A stretch of 64,000 nt of DNA from Chitinivibrionales bacterium. GTDB taxonomy: Bacteria; Fibrobacterota; Chitinivibrionia; Chitinivibrionales; WJKA01. The position numbers and the translations under genes were made by a program. The stretch covers positions 1 through 64,000 of the forward strand of contig JBBRUX010000022.1 in the NCBI GenBank assembly GCA_038247415.1. Reading direction: 5' to 3'. Below the pieces are notes generated by a model that saw nothing but the letters and a program-made list of their open reading frames with translations, made no database searches and was not told where the DNA came from. Positions within the stretch are counted from its first letter, which is position 1; every line of letters begins with the position of its first letter. This document shows, one piece after another, positions 62,696 through 64,000 of this stretch.

Positions 62696-63508
62696 CTAAT
62701 GAAATGAATCTACCATTTGCTTAACAATGAGATGCCAACCATCTATCAACACAAAAAGAATAATCTTGAAGGGCATCGATATCATGACCGGCGGCAACAT
62801 CATCATGCCCATAGACATAAGAACACTCGCCACAATCATATCAATAACCAGAAACGGTATATAGAGCAAAAAACCAATTATAAACGCGGTCTTCAGCTCG
62901 CTTGTAATAAATGCCGGGATAATTACCTCATACGGAAGCTCACTCACATTATGAGGAATGGGTGATTTAGACAACCGCACAAACAGCGCCAAATCTTTTT
63001 CATTTACTTGGCGTAACATAAAAGTACGCAACGGGGCTCCTGCGCGTGTCAATCCTTCATTCCAGCTAATTTGCTCCTTGAGATAGGGCTGTAAGGCATT
63101 ATTGTTCATTTCGGTAAAAACAGGCATCATGATAAACAACGTTAAAAACAACGACAACCCAACCAAAACCTGATCGGGCGGCATCGTTTGCGTACCAATT
63201 GCCCTACGCAAAAAAGAAAACACAATAATCAGACGGATAAAAGAAGTCATCATGATAAGAATTGAGGGCGCAAGCGCAAGAATAGTAATCATGAACAAGA
63301 TCTGTAACGAAACTGCCACATCAGCCGGTTTTTCGCCATTGCCAAGGCTTATTGAAATTTTAGGCAGCGTTTGAGCCACGGCATCAGAAAAGATACCTGC
63401 GAGCGCAATCGCTGCAAAAACAAACGATACAATAAAAAAAACATTAAAGTTTTTGTGCTTATGTGTCGATACCGATAAAGAAGAAGGAGCATGCTTACAC
63501 GATATCAT
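62696..63508 (-). CDS. fliP: Flagellar biosynthesis protein FliP
   Basis: MMTSF.R, PAF..SELKTAF, MGMMMLPP..IS.PFK..LFVL.DGW. Confidence 0.96.
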   Translation of the reverse strand: MISCKHAPSSLSVSTHKHKNFNVFFIVSFVFAAIALAGIFSDAVAQTLPKISISLGNGEKPADVAVSLQILFMITILALAPSILIMMTSFIRLIIVFSFLRRAIGTQTMPPDQVLVGLSLFLTLFIMMPVFTEMNNNALQPYLKEQISWNEGLTRAGAPLRTFMLRQVNEKDLALFVRLSKSPIPHNVSELPYEVIIPAFITSELKTAFIIGFLLYIPFLVIDMIVASVLMSMGMMMLPPVMISMPFKIILFVLIDGWHLIVKQMVDSFH

Positions 63509-63999
63509 GACGGTTTACGCATCCTTCCCATAAATGTATCAAAAACATCTTTAAATCGAGCTATCGAAACGCCCCCCTTGGTAGATGCTATTAATTCCAA
63601 GGCTCTATCACCCGAGATCTGCTCTAAAAGCGTAATATTTGTTGACGTTTGCGCTAATACGTATACCGAATCTAAAACTCTTACTAATGCGATAGATCGA
63701 TGTGTTCCCAAGGAGAGAGTTTCCACAAGATCCATGGAGCCATTGCCGCCAGGTTTAGATGAGCCAACAAACCCACCCTTTTTAACAATAAAAGCAATCC
63801 CAAGAATGAGTGCAATGATAAGCGCGAGCGATCCCATTACCCGGGCAAGAACAAATAACATAGATTCCGATTTAATAGCTTTAGAAGGAGAAGCTGCAGT
63901 TTTTCCTGTGCTTTGAACCCCGACATCATTGGTAGAAAGTATCTGCCGAACACTATCGAATTTAGCAGTGAGGAGTGCCGAATCTGCTAGCGGCGGGGC
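63505..63999 (-). CDS. fliO: Flagellar biosynthesis protein FliO (5' end probably outside window)
   Basis: TM helix then LVETLSLG..RSIALVRV, immediately upstream of fliP. The frame stays open to the window end. Confidence 0.8.
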   Translation of the reverse strand, partial: APPLADSALLTAKFDSVRQILSTNDVGVQSTGKTAASPSKAIKSESMLFVLARVMGSLALIIALILGIAFIVKKGGFVGSSKPGGNGSMDLVETLSLGTHRSIALVRVLDSVYVLAQTSTNITLLEQISGDRALELIASTKGGVSIARFKDVFDTFMGRMRKPS

Positions 64000-64000
64000 T

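Overview
Gene-dense bacterial chromosomal window. The gene set and lipoprotein style suggest a motile anaerobe of the Fibrobacterota (Chitinispirillia/Chitinivibrionia-like), which is an inference. In order it holds: hom-ptsH-mlaD, a PEGA protein plus a 1522-aa FN3-repeat lipoprotein, nadB/SIS isomerase/lspA, tRNA-Arg and tRNA-Pro, HAD, cNMP-binding, ABC and RlmI genes, a ~15-kb chemotaxis cluster, a sigma54 activator with a divergent sensorless hybrid kinase, a FucI-family isomerase, a CgeB/Maf-like glycosyltransferase, typA, a CdaA-CdaR fusion, an FKBP, and the fliO-fliP-fliQ-fliR-flhB-flhA-flhF-flhG-fliA flagellar operon with a lipoprotein gene inserted between flhB and flhA. The stand-out is a lone 1252-aa ORF (45891-49649, minus strand) fusing a cobalamin-binding radical SAM enzyme to an intact FabF-type ketosynthase and a second, catalytically dead chain-length-factor-like ketosynthase, a candidate single-chain lipid/polyketide elongation-plus-radical-tailoring enzyme. 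Also notable: two deletion-riddled remnants of AlbA_2/RecG-C/HTH genes, a palindromic REP/MITE-like element, a CheA with two Hpt domains and an MshEN-like motif, and a stand-alone HisKA protein. No CRISPR array, rRNA or intact transposase was seen. All family calls come from motif recognition, not database searches.
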